Assembly: GCF_004010195.1 (NCBI RefSeq) | Contig: NC_057754.1 | Location: forward strand, 12,509,553 to 12,573,552 | Direction of reading: 5' to 3' | Length of the DNA stretch: 64,000 bases | From: Chiloscyllium plagiosum | Lineage: Eukaryota | The notes under the pieces: generated by a model | Told to the model about the DNA's origin: nothing | The model's database searches: none | What the model saw: only the letters and a program-made list of their open reading frames with translations | Part shown: in pieces, positions 36,131 to 47,804 of the stretch | How the letters are laid out: every line of letters starts with the position of its first letter | Position numbering within the stretch: the first letter of the stretch is position 1 | Made by a program: the position numbers and the translations under genes

Positions 36131-36699
36131 TCTAAACTACATTGAATACAGACCTAGAATCCTCAACTGATATTTTTATGATGAACCCTTCATCCTGGGC
36201 TCATTCTTTTAACCTACTTGAGGCTTCCTCAACACTAGCACATCCTTCCTTAGATAGTAGGCCCTAAACTGCTCATAATATTTCAAATACAGCCAGGCCA
36301 GAGCCGATACAGCCATAGTAGTACACCTTTGCTCATGTATTATAGCCCTCTAGCAATAAATGTTAAAATGGCATTTACCTTCTGAATTATCAACTGAACG
36401 TGCATGTTAACCTTAAGAGAGTTACTGAACTTGTGACTCCCAAACTCCTTGCCCTTCAGATTTCTGATGCCTTTCCCTATTCAGAAAATGATCTTGCGCC
36501 TTTATTCTTTCTACCAAAGTGCATAAACTCACAGTTTCCCACATTGTATCCTATCTGCTGTTTCTTTGTCCACTCTCCTATGCTGTCCAAATTCTTCTGC
36601 ACCTACTCCACTTCCTCAACCCTACCTGTCCCTCCACCTATCGTGTCATCTGCAAACATGGCAACAATGCCCTCAGTTCCTTTGTCTGTATCGTTAATG

Positions 36700-37014
36700 A
36701 TTAGATTAGATTCTATACAGTATGGAAACAGGCCCTTTGGCCCAACAAGTCCACACCAACCCTCCGAAGAGTAACCCACCCTGTCCCATTCCCCTACCCT
36801 ACATTTACCCTTGACTAATACACCTAACACTACGGGCAATTTAGCATGGCCAATTCACCTGACCTGCACATCTTTGGATTGTGGGAGGAAACCGGAGCAC
36901 CCGGAGGAAACCCACGCAGACACGGGGAGAATGTGAAAACTCCACACAGTCACCTGAGGCGGGAATCTAACCCAGGTCCCTGTGCTGTGAGGCAGCTATG
37001 CTAACCACTGAGCC
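36700..37014 (-). mobile_element. HE1-type SINE
   Basis: attagattagatt tail, standard body and head. Confidence 0.93.
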
Positions 37015-37704
37015 TCTATGTATAACATGCATAGTCCCAACACTGACCCCTGTGGAGGTCCACAAGTCACCAGCTGCCATTCTATAAAAGACCCTTTATC
37101 CTGACTCTCTGCCTTATACCAGGCAGCCAATCCTCTGCATTGCCACTAAAGCCATCCTCTTATCGTATTTAGCAGCCTACTGGAAAGTACCTTGATGAAG
37201 GTCTTCTGGAAATGCAAAACAAAAGTGTCCAATTGCTCTCCTTTATCTAAATTATTTTTTACCACCTCAAAGAATTCCAACAGATTTGTCAGGCATGACC
37301 ACCCCTTGACAAAGCCATGCTGACTATTCTATTTTACTGTGCATTTCCAAATACTCTGCAGTCTCATTCTTAACAAGGGACTCTCAAACCTTAACAACAA
37401 CTGAGATCAGGCTACATGGCTTCTAGTTTCTTGCCTCTGCCTCCTTCCTTTGTTAAACAGGGGTGATGCATTAGCCATTTTCCAGTCATCCGGGCCCTCC
37501 CTGACTCCGCTGATCTCTGAAGGAACATCACCAATCTCCTTCAGTCATCTAGGGTGTAGTCCATCTGGTCTTGGTAATTTATCCACCTCCAGCTTCCCAA
37601 CTCTGGCCAGCTGCACCCACATATCTTTGTAGTTACCTTTACATCATAGTAATACCATTAGATCTGATTCAATTTTCTCCCACTCAAACTGCGGGGTGTA
37701 CTCT

Positions 37705-38008
37705 ATTAGATTAGATTAGATTCCCTACAGTGTGGAAACAGGCCCTTCGGCCTAACAAGTCCACAGCGACCATCCAAAGAGTAACCCATCCCCCTCTGAC
37801 TAATGCACCTAACAACTATGGACAATTTATCATGGCCAATTCACCTGGCCTGCACATCTTTGGAATGTGGGAGGAAACCAGAGTACACGGAGGAAACCCA
37901 CGCAGACACAGGGAGAATGTGCAAACTCCACACAGACAGTCACCCTGGAATCGAACCTGGGAGCCTGGTGCCGTGAGGCAGCAGTGCTAACCACTGAGTC
38001 ACCGTGCC
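37705..38008 (-). mobile_element. HE1-type SINE
   Basis: (ATTAG)n tail, standard body and head. Confidence 0.93.
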
Positions 38009-39367
38009 AGTCAACTGCTTCTGAGGGTTCCTTCACCTTGAGCTCCTAATCAAACCTTTCTCATTGTACATCACTAAATCCAGAACTGCCTGTTCCTTAG
38101 TGGGCTCAACCACAAGCAACTACAAAAAAAATGCGTAGACATTCCACAACTTTCTTTCTTAAAATCTGCTGCTAACCTGATTTTCACTGTCCACCTGCAA
38201 TTGAAGTCCCCCATCATTATTGCAGTTGCACCTTTTCTATTTCCTGATTTATTTTCTTTCCCACACCCTGACGAGGTTTGTATACAAGTTACATCAAGGT
38301 ATTTTCTCCTCTGTACTTCTTTAACACTATCCACAGGGATTCTACACCCTCTGGCTCTATCTCGCTTGTTGCTGTCAATTTAATCTTATTTCTTACTAAC
38401 AAGGCAACCATGCCCCCTCTAAACTTTTGCCTGTCTTCTAGTAGATGTCTCTTCTTGGATATTTCGTTCCCAGCCCTGATCCCCTTGCAGCCATGTCTCT
38501 GTGATGCACACAAATTTGTACATGCCAATTTCAATCTGTGCTGCAAGCACATTTACCTTGTTTCATATTCTGCCTGCATTTTGATACAACATCCTCAGTC
38601 TGCACCTACACACACACACACTTATCTGCTGTGCCTGAAGTTGGATTCCTGACTCTTTCCATACTTTCTGTCCTATTACTTGTGGAAATTTTAACCTGTG
38701 CTGAGCCCACCTCCCACTGTAATACTTCCCATAACCAACCCCAACAATTAAAGTCCTATCCACAGACCCTAATTATGAGATTCTCCATGACACTGGTCCC
38801 AGCATCATTTAGGTGAAGCCAATCCCTTCAAAACAATACTGTGCTTCCCTAGGGACACCAATATCCAATGAAATTGAACCCAGTTCCCAGACGCCAATCT
38901 TTCAGCCATACATTTACCTCATTAATCTTGCTGACCTTGTGCCAATTTGCTTATGGGTCAGGTAGTCATCCAGAGATTATTACCTATTTGGTTCCATTTT
39001 CTAATTTAGCCCAGAGCTGTATATATTCCTTCAGCAGAACCTCGTTTCTCTTTCTGCCTGTATCAGCAACTGGATCATTGCTCTCCCCTTCCAAGTTGCT
39101 CTGCAGCCCAGATGAATATCCTGAAACCAGGCACCAGGCGGCAGCACAGCCTTCTGGACACTCAATTCTGGCAACAGGGAAGAGTCTCTATTTCCCTGAT
39201 GACACTGTCCCTGATTACACTTACATTTCTTTTTACACTCCCCTCTTGAATGGCATCCTGTACCACAGTGTTGTGGACAGTTTGCTCATTCACATAGGGA
39301 GGAGGAATTTCAAACCTGTTTGACAAATTGAAGAGGTGAGGCTCCTTCAGCACTACCCTCTGGTAGT

Positions 39368-39440
39368 GGGCTAGTGGCGCATTGGATAACGCGTCTGACT
39401 ACGGATTAGGAGATTGTAGGTTCGACTCCTGCCTAACTCG
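39368..39440 (+). tRNA. tRNA-Arg(ACG)-derived sequence, full 73 nt, probably a non-functional retrocopy
   Basis: GGGCTAGTGGCGCATTGGATAACGCGTCTGACTACGGATTAGGAGATTGTAGGTTCGACTCCTGCCTAACTCG; cloverleaf with a C4:A69 mismatch and two wobbles in the anticodon stem; TTTT at 39447-39450. Confidence 0.9.
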
Positions 39441-39453
39441 AGTGAGTTTTGTC

Positions 39454-39768
39454 GGCGGCATGGAGGCACAGTAGTTAGCACTGCTGCCTCACAGCACCAG
39501 AGACCCGGGTTCAATTCCCGCCTCAGGCGACTCTCTGTGTGGAATTTGCACATTCTCCCCGTGTCTGCGTGGGTTTCCTCCGGGTGCTCCGGTTTCCTCC
39601 CACAATCCAAAAATGTGCAGGTTAGGTGAATTGGCCAAGCTAAATTGTTGTAGTGTTAGGTGAAGGGGTAAATGTAGGGGAATGGGTCTGGGTGGGTTGT
39701 GCTGCGGTGGGTTGGTGTGGACCTGTTGGGCCGAAGGGCCTGTTCCCACACTGTAAGTAATCTAATCT
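39454..39768 (+). mobile_element. HE1-type SINE directly fused behind the tRNA
   Basis: ggcggcatggaggcacagtagttagcactgc head to gtaagtaatctaatcta tail. Confidence 0.95.
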
Positions 39769-41278
39769 ACCTACCTCACACATAGTCACAACCTTCTGCT
39801 CCTGACCATTGACCAAGTTTGAGTTAGTTAATCTAAGAGATCTGACTGCCTCCTGAATGGAGCGTCCAGTGACACTTTCCATCTCTCTGATATATAGCAG
39901 TGTTTGGAGCTCACACTCCAGCTCACCAATATGAGACAGAATTCCTCGGGCAACCAACACTTGCTCTGAATGGCGTCACTATGAACCTCAATGGAGTCGA
40001 CCAGCACCCATGTTCTGTCGATACAAAAGATTGAACAGTTTTAGTTAAGGAAAGGCTGTCCAGAGAATTTTAACAAGATTGATCCTGGACATGGGAGAAT
40101 TTTCTCAGGAGATGAGATTGAGCAGACTGCTCCTGTACTCATTGGAGTTTCGAAAAACTACTGCAGGTTCTAAAGTTCATCTTCATGTCGTAATTTATTG
40201 AATAGAATGGTGCACCATGAACCCAGAATCCACCACAGAGGTGAATGCAGTCTATCTCTGCTAAGGGGCAGTACTGCAGAAACAGAATATGGCCCCAACC
40301 TGGATGTTGACAGTCTCTGCGGAACGTGCAGTGCAGCTCCCAGCAGCAGCATGCAGCCTCAGTGACACTGAGTTTCAGTGGTTCCCAGAGCCCGAGTCAG
40401 AGCCGTCTGCACTGGGGAAACAAGTGGCTAGAGCCCCGAGGGTGAGGAACACCTTGGAGTGGCTGGTTATTGAAAACCGAAGGTCAGTGAGCTGGAATCC
40501 CAGAACCCAGTCTCGAACCAAAGGCAGATCAGTTAAAGAGCTGCTTTACATCAGGGTGACGGTCGGTCCCTGGTGTCCTATGTGGGTCACATTTGTTGTT
40601 TCATTTTCATCGGAGTTTCATTCAATAACTTCCAATGGGAGTCTGTCATGGGAAGTATTCCCATGGTTATTTGTTAAACTGAAGGTATTTGTTCAAAGTT
40701 CAGGAATTTATTTTAGGAAGAGGTATTTCTCATGAATAGATCTAATTAAATTTACATCTAAATTTATTACTGAGACATGGGCATGGCGAAAGAAGCCAGC
40801 ATTCACTGGTGAGACCATTCTCCCACAGTGCTGTTCAGTAAGGAGTTACAGGATTGTCAGGCAGCAGCTATAAAGAAACAGCAACATGTGTCCACAAGAG
40901 ACCAGTGTGTATCTGGGATCGGGGTTAAAAAGTGATGGCTCCCTATACACTGTGGCCTAGAACTTCTTGGAGGGAGGATCTGTCACAGTTATTCCTGTGC
41001 TTTAAATGGAGGAAACAGTGTCCTTAAGTATCCCACTGCTCTGTCAGTCTCTCGTCTCATTGGGGGCTGAATCATGTGGAGGCCCAGGACAGGCAGTGGG
41101 TCCCCTTCCCTGAAGGGCATTCACAAACTAGTTGAATTATTAAGACAATCAGTAGCTTTTATGATCACTACTTCTGAGTGTCTTTCACATAAATTACTGG
41201 ATTCAATGAGTTTCCTTTCACAACCTCCTATGCAGTTTGCGTTCTCACACCTTTTCCAGATTTAAATTTGTTTTACAG

Positions 41279-42332
41279 AGAAACACAGAGGCACATTTAT
41301 CAGCAAGAATTCCAAACAAACATCCCATCAAGATCTGAGAGTGATTCAGTTCATCAGGACTTAAACAAAAAACATTTGTCTGTCCTGTCTGTGAGAAAAG
41401 ATTTCAAACATTGGTGTAACTGGAAACGTACCAAGACATAGCCATTCAAGTGAGTGTTCCAGTGAACTGAATTTGGACAGGTCCTGCACCAGTTCCTGTC
41501 CTGTGTATGGGCAAGGAGTCAGCTGATCATCCAATATGAACAGACATGAGGACACCTGCACCATAGAGAAACCATAGACGTGTGCGGACTGTGGGAAGGG
41601 ATTCAAATACCCGTGCCTGCTGGAAGCTCATCAGCGCAGTCACATTGGGGAGAGGCTGTACACCTGCTCTGTTTGTGGAAAGGGATTCAGTCGGTCATGT
41701 GACCATCTGAGACATGAACGCACTCACGCTGGAGCGAGGCCATTCATCTGCTCTGATTGTGGGAAGGGATTCAGTGACTCAGCCCACCTGCTGACACACC
41801 AGTGAGTTTCCACCAGGGAGAGGCCATTCACCTACCCTATGTGCGGGAAGGGATTCAGTGTCTCATCCAACATGCTGGCACACCAGAAATCTGACACAGG
41901 GGAGAGGCTGTACATCTGCTCTTTGTGTGGGAGGGATTCACTTGGTTATCTGACTTTCTGAGACATGAACGCACTCATACTGGGGAGACGCCATTTATCT
42001 GCCCCGAGTGTGGGAAGGGATTCAGTGAGTCATCCAATCTCCTCATACACCAGCGAGTTCACACAAGGGAGAGGCCATTCACCTGCCCCAAGTGTGGAAA
42101 GGGATTTAGTAACTTATCCAATTGGCTGAAACACCAGCAAGTTCACACTGGGGAGAGGCCATTCATCTGCCCTGACTGTGGGAAGAGATTCAGTCAGTCA
42201 GCCCATCTGCTCAGACACCAGCAAACACACACTGGTGGGAAGTTGTTAACTGCTCCCACAATGGGAAAGGTCATTCCATCTGCTGAGATACCAGCAAGTT
42301 CACAAGTGACTGCAAGTTGTGGTTGTTCTTAA
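41279..42332 (+). pseudogene. C2H2 zinc-finger pseudogene exon (about 8-9 finger remnants, last three intact)
   Basis: Acceptor ttgttttacAG at 41278; [12 protein letters not shown] (TAG 41575), HQ*V (TGA 41803), frameshift near 41930; HTGERPF linkers. Confidence 0.9.
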
Positions 42333-43298
42333 TAAGATTTTTCCTCAAAACACGCCTCCATCTCTTTCCCAAACCCTGAACTCTAGCTTCTGTAATCCCT
42401 GGACCATCACAGAATGTAAACAAGGTTTTTGCTGCCTCACCTAAATCAATCAAAAACTCATACACTTGAAACATGCTGACGAGAACTGGACTCTAGTACT
42501 GTTCGAACGATCTTTTTAAAGGTCAGCATCTTTTCCCTGATTATCTCCTTGACATCTCGATTTAGGTTCAGGGTTCCATATGTTCTACTCAGTGCTCTTT
42601 CAATGTGTCCTGTCATCTGTATCGTGTCCATCCCTCTTAGCCAGAAGCTCTGGATTCAAGTCCCTCCTGTTAAAGAGCTGTGTCAGAGAGGTTTGTTTTT
42701 TTCTTTATTGGTGACTGAACAATGTCCATTGGATTCTATTTCTGTTGTAGTTAATGAGCTCCAGCTCAGTTAAAAGGAACACCATTCTGGATGATAGTGA
42801 AATAAATCCATTTTGTGTTAATTCACTGCATCATTTTGGTCAGCCCATTGGCTGGGGGGTTTGTGGATCAAGCTCACATTGATCACCAGTTGGTGGGCAT
42901 GGCCACCAATACTCTCACTTATACAATAGGTATAACACATGGACTGTTTCTCCCTGCTGTATTGTTTCTACAGGCTGTCCAAAGCAGATCAAATTCTTTC
43001 CACAGTCAGTGCACTGGAACACTCTCAGGTGGTTTGGTGTGTTTCTCAATGCTCTTCCAGTGAGGTTCATGTCTGAATTCATCTCCAACTGACAAAAGTT
43101 TGTCCTTACTTATTCAAAAGCAAATAATGTGAAGGTTGCATTGAGCTTTGTCTAATTTTGACATGAGGTTTGGGTTGGGTTTCCTGTAGGCTATTGTTCC
43201 CCTTATAGTAACTGGGACAAGGGTGGTTAAAAAAGTGCACGACTGGAATTTTGAAAAGAATGATTGAATTCTGTTTTCTTCTCTTATTCCCGCCCCAG

Positions 43299-43500
43299 TG
43301 GAGGACTGCGTCAAGGATATAATGGAGAATTGATCCATCGTACTGAAGGACTAGGTGATTGATGTGATAGAACATTGATCCATCACCCTGAAGGACTGGT
43401 TCATCGATGTGATGACGGAATAGATCTATCTTTCTGCAGGACTGGGTTACAGATGTGATGACAGAATTGATCCATTCCCACGGAAGACCAGGAACCAGAT
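43299..43500 (+). repeat. About 45-bp degenerate tandem repeat (about 4 units)
   Basis: Recurring gaattgatccatc...ctgaaggactgg...gatgtgat. Confidence 0.75.
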
Positions 43501-44139
43501 GCAGTGGAATAAGAAAATATGTGGTGCATTTGATGTTATGTGGGAAGATCAGCAGACAGTCCCCTCTTTTTTTTCTGCCCCCTTCAAGCAGATATTGCAA
43601 ACCCCTCAAGTATTGGCCTCCCCAGTCATTTATGCTCTCCTCCAATATCGTACCCCCCCCCCCAACCCTGGTTTGTTCCCCCAGACATTTCACCTGTCCA
43701 CAATTATACAACCCCCATACATTGTGTCCCTACCCATTTTGTCTGCTCCTCCAATTTTGTGCCCTCCATATATTCCAATCACACATTGTCCCCCACCCAA
43801 ATATTGTCCTTCCTAATTTTTCACCCTCACTCACTTCCCTCCCACTTAAACTTTCCCGACAAAACTTGCATGTCTTCCATAAATTGCACATGCATGATGG
43901 CAGTCTCCCTGAATTTGCACTCCGCCCACAAAATGTGTAATTCAGCAGGTTTTATGTCCCCACCATTTGCAGCTTCCCATTTTACACCCAAGTTATGCCC
44001 TAAATATTGTACCTCTGCCAAGATTGTATTTTTTTCTCTCTGCCCAAAGAAAGTCCCTCTATCTTTCCCACCCTCTCTCATTCTCTGTCCATGCCTGTTT
44101 TTCTTTCTTAGTCTCTTTGCTTCAGAATCACTAGACATT

Positions 44140-44750
44140 AAAGACATAGAATCCCTACCGTGTAGAAACCGGCCCATCGGCCCAAGTCCACTCCGGTCCC
44201 CTGAAGAGTAACCCACCCAGACCCATTCCCTTACCCCTGACGTTTGCCTCTAACTTATACATCTAATGGTGGCACAGTGGTTAGCACTGCTGCCTCACAG
44301 CGCAAGAGACCCGGGTTCAATTCCTGCCTCAGGCGACTATCTGTGGAGATTTTGCACATTCTCCCTGTGTCTGCGTGGGTTTCCTCTGGGTGCTCCGGTT
44401 TCCTCCCACAGTCCAAAAACGTGCAGGTCAGGTGAATTGGCTATGCTAAATTGCCCGTAGCGTTAGGTGCAGGGGTAAATGTAGGGGAATGGGTCTGGGT
44501 GAGTGCTCTTTGGCGGGTCGGTGTGGACTTGTTGGGCCGAAGGGCCTGTTTCCACACTAATAGTAATCTAATCTAATCTCTGAACACTATGGCCAATTTA
44601 ACATGGCCCAATCTTTGGACTGTGGGAGGAAACCCATGTAGACACAGGGAGAATGTGCAAACTCCACACAGTCGCTCGAGGCTGGGATCGAACCTCGGTC
44701 CCTGTCACTGTGAGACAGCAGTGCTAACCACTGAGCCACTGTGCTGCCCA
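44140..44750. mobile_element. HE1 SINE (+, 44266-44579) nested in an opposite-strand HE1 SINE
   Basis: Minus-strand tail half before and head half after a complete plus-strand copy. Confidence 0.9.
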
Positions 44751-45650
44751 AATGGTAGGCTGATTAGTAAAGTTCGATCGCATGGGATGCAGGATGAGCT
44801 TGACAATTGGATACAAAATTGTCTTAATGGCAGGAGACAGGTAATGATGTTGGAGTGTTATTTTTTCGGACTGGAGGACTGCAAAATGTTTCTATCTCCC
44901 ACTTTAAATTACAATGTGGGCCATTGTTACCTATGGGTTTTTTTTAAATAATTCATCAAAACAAAGCTGAAGAGGAGTGGACAGGGTGATAGAGACAGAG
45001 AGACCCCCTCCCAAATCCTCAGTGAATTGAACTGAAATGGGGAACCTGTGTCTTATTGATGTGACTCTCAAATTATATCATCCTACCCGATATACATCTG
45101 ACATTATAACAGTCTTGAAGAAATTTTTTCGCATTTATGGCTCACTATTTGAGGATTCCTGTCTGTCAGACACACACTGAGGATTAGACATGTTCATGTC
45201 AAATCCCAAGGGCCCAGGCTTCAAACTTGTTTTAAAATGACAGGGCTACAGTCCAAAAGGTCTCCGTTAACCAGACGCTGCTGAAACCTGGGGTCCCACA
45301 GAGGAAATCAAACCATGGGCTAACAAACAGAAACAACTCACACAGGCCCCACAGGGTGTGTCCTGTTGAGCAGGCCTCAGGACCACATCCCCTGTAGAGG
45401 ATGATCTTGTTCAAAAGTCACCTTGTCCAAACTCACCCATTCTTTGTATCTTTAGAATGAACAACAGTTTCCTGGGAGAAAGTAGACAGAATTAGGTAAG
45501 AGCAAGTAAATCTTTAAAGATTGAGACGGCATAGCAAGATCCCAGGGGTTCCCCTCTCAGCAGGACACAGACAATCCCCCAGTGACATGCAAACATGGTG
45601 GTTATGGCTTGAGTTTCCATGCTAGATTCTTTTTTCAACTAACTTCACAG

Positions 45651-46025
45651 GGCATTAGAAGAGGAAGATTTACAGTGGGGAGGCTTAAAACCAAGCATCA
45701 CTTCAGGATCAGATGGTGTTGCCCGATTCATTAACGTCTGAATATGGCTGGATTTTGAATATGGAAGGAAAAAGCACCATTCACACTGAAGATAAACCAT
45801 CTATGTGTTGTACATGTGGAGAAGGTTTCAGTAGGTCATCTGCCCTGTCAGTGCATATAGTCACACTAGGGACAGTCCATTCGTCTGTTCCTTGTGTGGG
45901 AAAGGATTCACTCAATCATACACCCCACTAAAATACCAGCAGGTTCACACAGAGGAAAGACCTTTTCACTGTCCTGATTGTGGGAAGTATTTTAAAATCT
46001 CTGCAGAGCTAGTGACCCATCAATG
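45651..46025 (+). pseudogene. Truncated C2H2 ZNF paralogue of the 52-53 kb gene
   Basis: Acceptor aacttcacAG then ggcattagaagaggaagattt, as at 53726 minus; [13 protein letters not shown], frameshift, HTEERPFHCPDCGKYFKISAELVTHQ. Confidence 0.88.
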
Positions 46026-46142
46026 TTGGAGAAGGGGTTCACGTCATCTTTTGCATCTCCTGATGCTGCCAGGTTTACTGTGCTTTCCCAGCCTCCTGCC
46101 TGTCTACTTTGCATTCCAGCATCTGCAGAGTTGTTTTGACTA
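46026..46142 (+). mobile_element. Penelope-type terminus at the ZNF truncation point
   Basis: ctcctgatgctgcc...ctgtgctttcccagc...ttccagcatctgcag. Confidence 0.65.
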
Positions 46143-46804
46143 AATGTCAGGCAGTCAGTCTCACCTTGCCTCTGGAGTTCAGTGTTTTATCCATGTTAGA
46201 CTAATTCTGAGATGAGGACAAAAGCTGACTGCCTCTGACGGAATACACAGGATCAGAAAACTGCTTATTGCTGAGTGAAGTCCAGCCTTGGAGCAATGTT
46301 GTTACTCTCTTCCATCACTTCGCTTATGATGGAGCGTTGATTGCCTGGAGTTAGGTAATAGGTGGAGTGGATTTGTCTTGCTTTTGTGGACTCGCCATAA
46401 CCGGGCATTTTTTTAACCTAAATGTTGTGGTTACACTGGACCAGCTTCGCTGATGTGAAAGTGGGCGCAAGGCGCTGAGTATGATGACCATCCATCATTA
46501 TATTGAACGGCAGGGCTGGCTTGAAGGGCCAAATAGCAGTCTGCTGCTCCGATATATCCGATATGCAAGGGATCTTCGGAGGAGACTGATATAGATTCAT
46601 CCAGATCTACATCCTATCGCACTTTTGCTTTAAGAATCTTGGCAATGTTTCAGCCTTGCCTTTTGCACTGATTGTGCTGGACTCCCCCATGATTGAGACA
46701 GTCTTTGAGATGGTTGCTCCTTTCCAGTCTGTTTTGTTCTGAATGACGACAGAGTGCGCACAGTCAGCAGGCGCAGGCTCAGCCTCGCTCACTCTGTGGT
46801 TGCA

Positions 46805-47305
46805 AAGTTAAAAAATCACACAACACCAGGTTATAGTCCAACAGGTTTAATTGGAAGCACACTAGCTTTCGGAGCAACACTCCTACATCAGGTGATTGTG
46901 GAGGGCTCGATCGTAACACAGAATTTATAGCAAAAATTTGCAGTGTGATGTAACTGAAATTATACATTGAAAAATTTATTGTCTGTTAAGCCTTTCATCT
47001 GTTAGAAAACAATATTGTCTAGCTATCACCATTGTTAACAGCTAACCCGAGAATGCAACTTTTAAAAAAAGGGTTTTGTGATTTACACATGAAAGAAGTG
47101 AAACTATCACTGTATTCTAACAGATGAAAGGCTTAACAGACAATCAATTTTTCAATGTATAATTTCAGTTACATCACACTGCAAATTTTTGCTATAAATT
47201 CTGAGGTACGATCGAACCCTCCACTATCACCTGATGAAGGAGCATAACCTGGTGTTGTGTGATTTTTAACTTTGTACACCCCAGTCCAACACCATCATCT
47301 CCAAA
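46805..47305 (+). mobile_element. Fold-back Penelope insertion with 12-bp TSD
   Basis: TSD tctgtggttgca at 46793-46804 and 47306-47317; inverted arms about 46805-47007 and 47115-47274. Confidence 0.92.
46860..46894 (-). ncRNA. Degenerate minimal hammerhead ribozyme motif
   Basis: cac-CTGATGT-aggagtgttgctcc-GAAA-gc-ta-gtg; A9 mutated to T. Confidence 0.65.
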
Positions 47306-47671
47306 TCTGTGGTTGCAGAATTACCCGTCCCTCTCCCTACTCCTATTGGACAGGCGCTGCTGTCAATCACCTGCCCTACGTGTTGCGCGCTGTTTTATGA
47401 AACGGCTGGGATCGACAAGAGGGACGTGAGGGACACAGCCGGACGGACTGGGGACGGAAGCTAGCTCACACGGAGAGGCTCAGAAACACCCAGTGTCCGC
47501 CTAAAAGTCCAAATTAGACGGTTTTGTGTTTGCTGGGTAGGAGTCAGCTGGAGGTTTTCTTAAGGAAAAATGTCGCGCGTTAACGACCTGGGATGATTCT
47601 CAGAGAGTTACAAGAGACAGGGATGGGGGAAGCAGGTATGAAGATTGGAAACACTGTCTTAAATCTTGCCA

Positions 47672-47804
47672 TGATTTGGAGATGCCGGAGTTGGACTGGA
47701 GTGTACAAAGTTAAAAATTACACAACACCAGATTATAGTCCAACTATAGTGTGCTTCCAATTAAATTTGTTGTACTATAACCTGGTGTTGTGTGATTTTT
47801 AACT
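47672..47804 (-). mobile_element. Fold-back Penelope mini-insertion with 13-bp TSD
   Basis: ttaaatcttgcca at 47659-47671 and 47805-47817; inverted arms aagttaaaaat.acacaacacca and tggtgttgtgtgatttttaactt. Confidence 0.88.

Larger units (their letters stand above)
36160..39970 (-). mobile_element. Old CR1 (ORF1 esterase, EN, RT remnants) with three nested insertions
   Basis: GIVAMFADDT, IMMGDFNC, GGMVALLVRNKIK, RNVSVIRDSVIR (GDS block). Confidence 0.85.
46745..47590. promoter_or_regulatory. Candidate CpG-rich promoter, interrupted at 46805-47305
   Basis: Locally retained CpGs; TGCGCA/GCGCA (NRF1-like), reverse CCAAT at about 47346, CGGAAG (ETS-like) at about 47455. Confidence 0.45.

Noticed and set aside
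40289..40735. 148-aa ORF upstream of the ZNF pseudogene
   Set aside because: No KRAB, SCAN or BTB features; probably spans a non-coding first exon and intron
42844..42929. Extra exon that would splice in frame to 42974
   Set aside because: Implied intron is only 44 nt, too short for a typical vertebrate intron
43540..44211. Overlapping 100-223 aa ORFs
   Set aside because: Pyrimidine/C-rich low-complexity DNA depleted in stop codons
45050..45600. Possible retroviral or LTR remnant
   Set aside because: No paired LTR, primer-binding site or gag/pol motif recognisable in translations
46805..47305. MITE or DNA transposon interpretation of the inverted repeats
   Set aside because: Arms match the pLTR of the Penelope at 48083-49330, differ in length between insertions and leave an asymmetric tail
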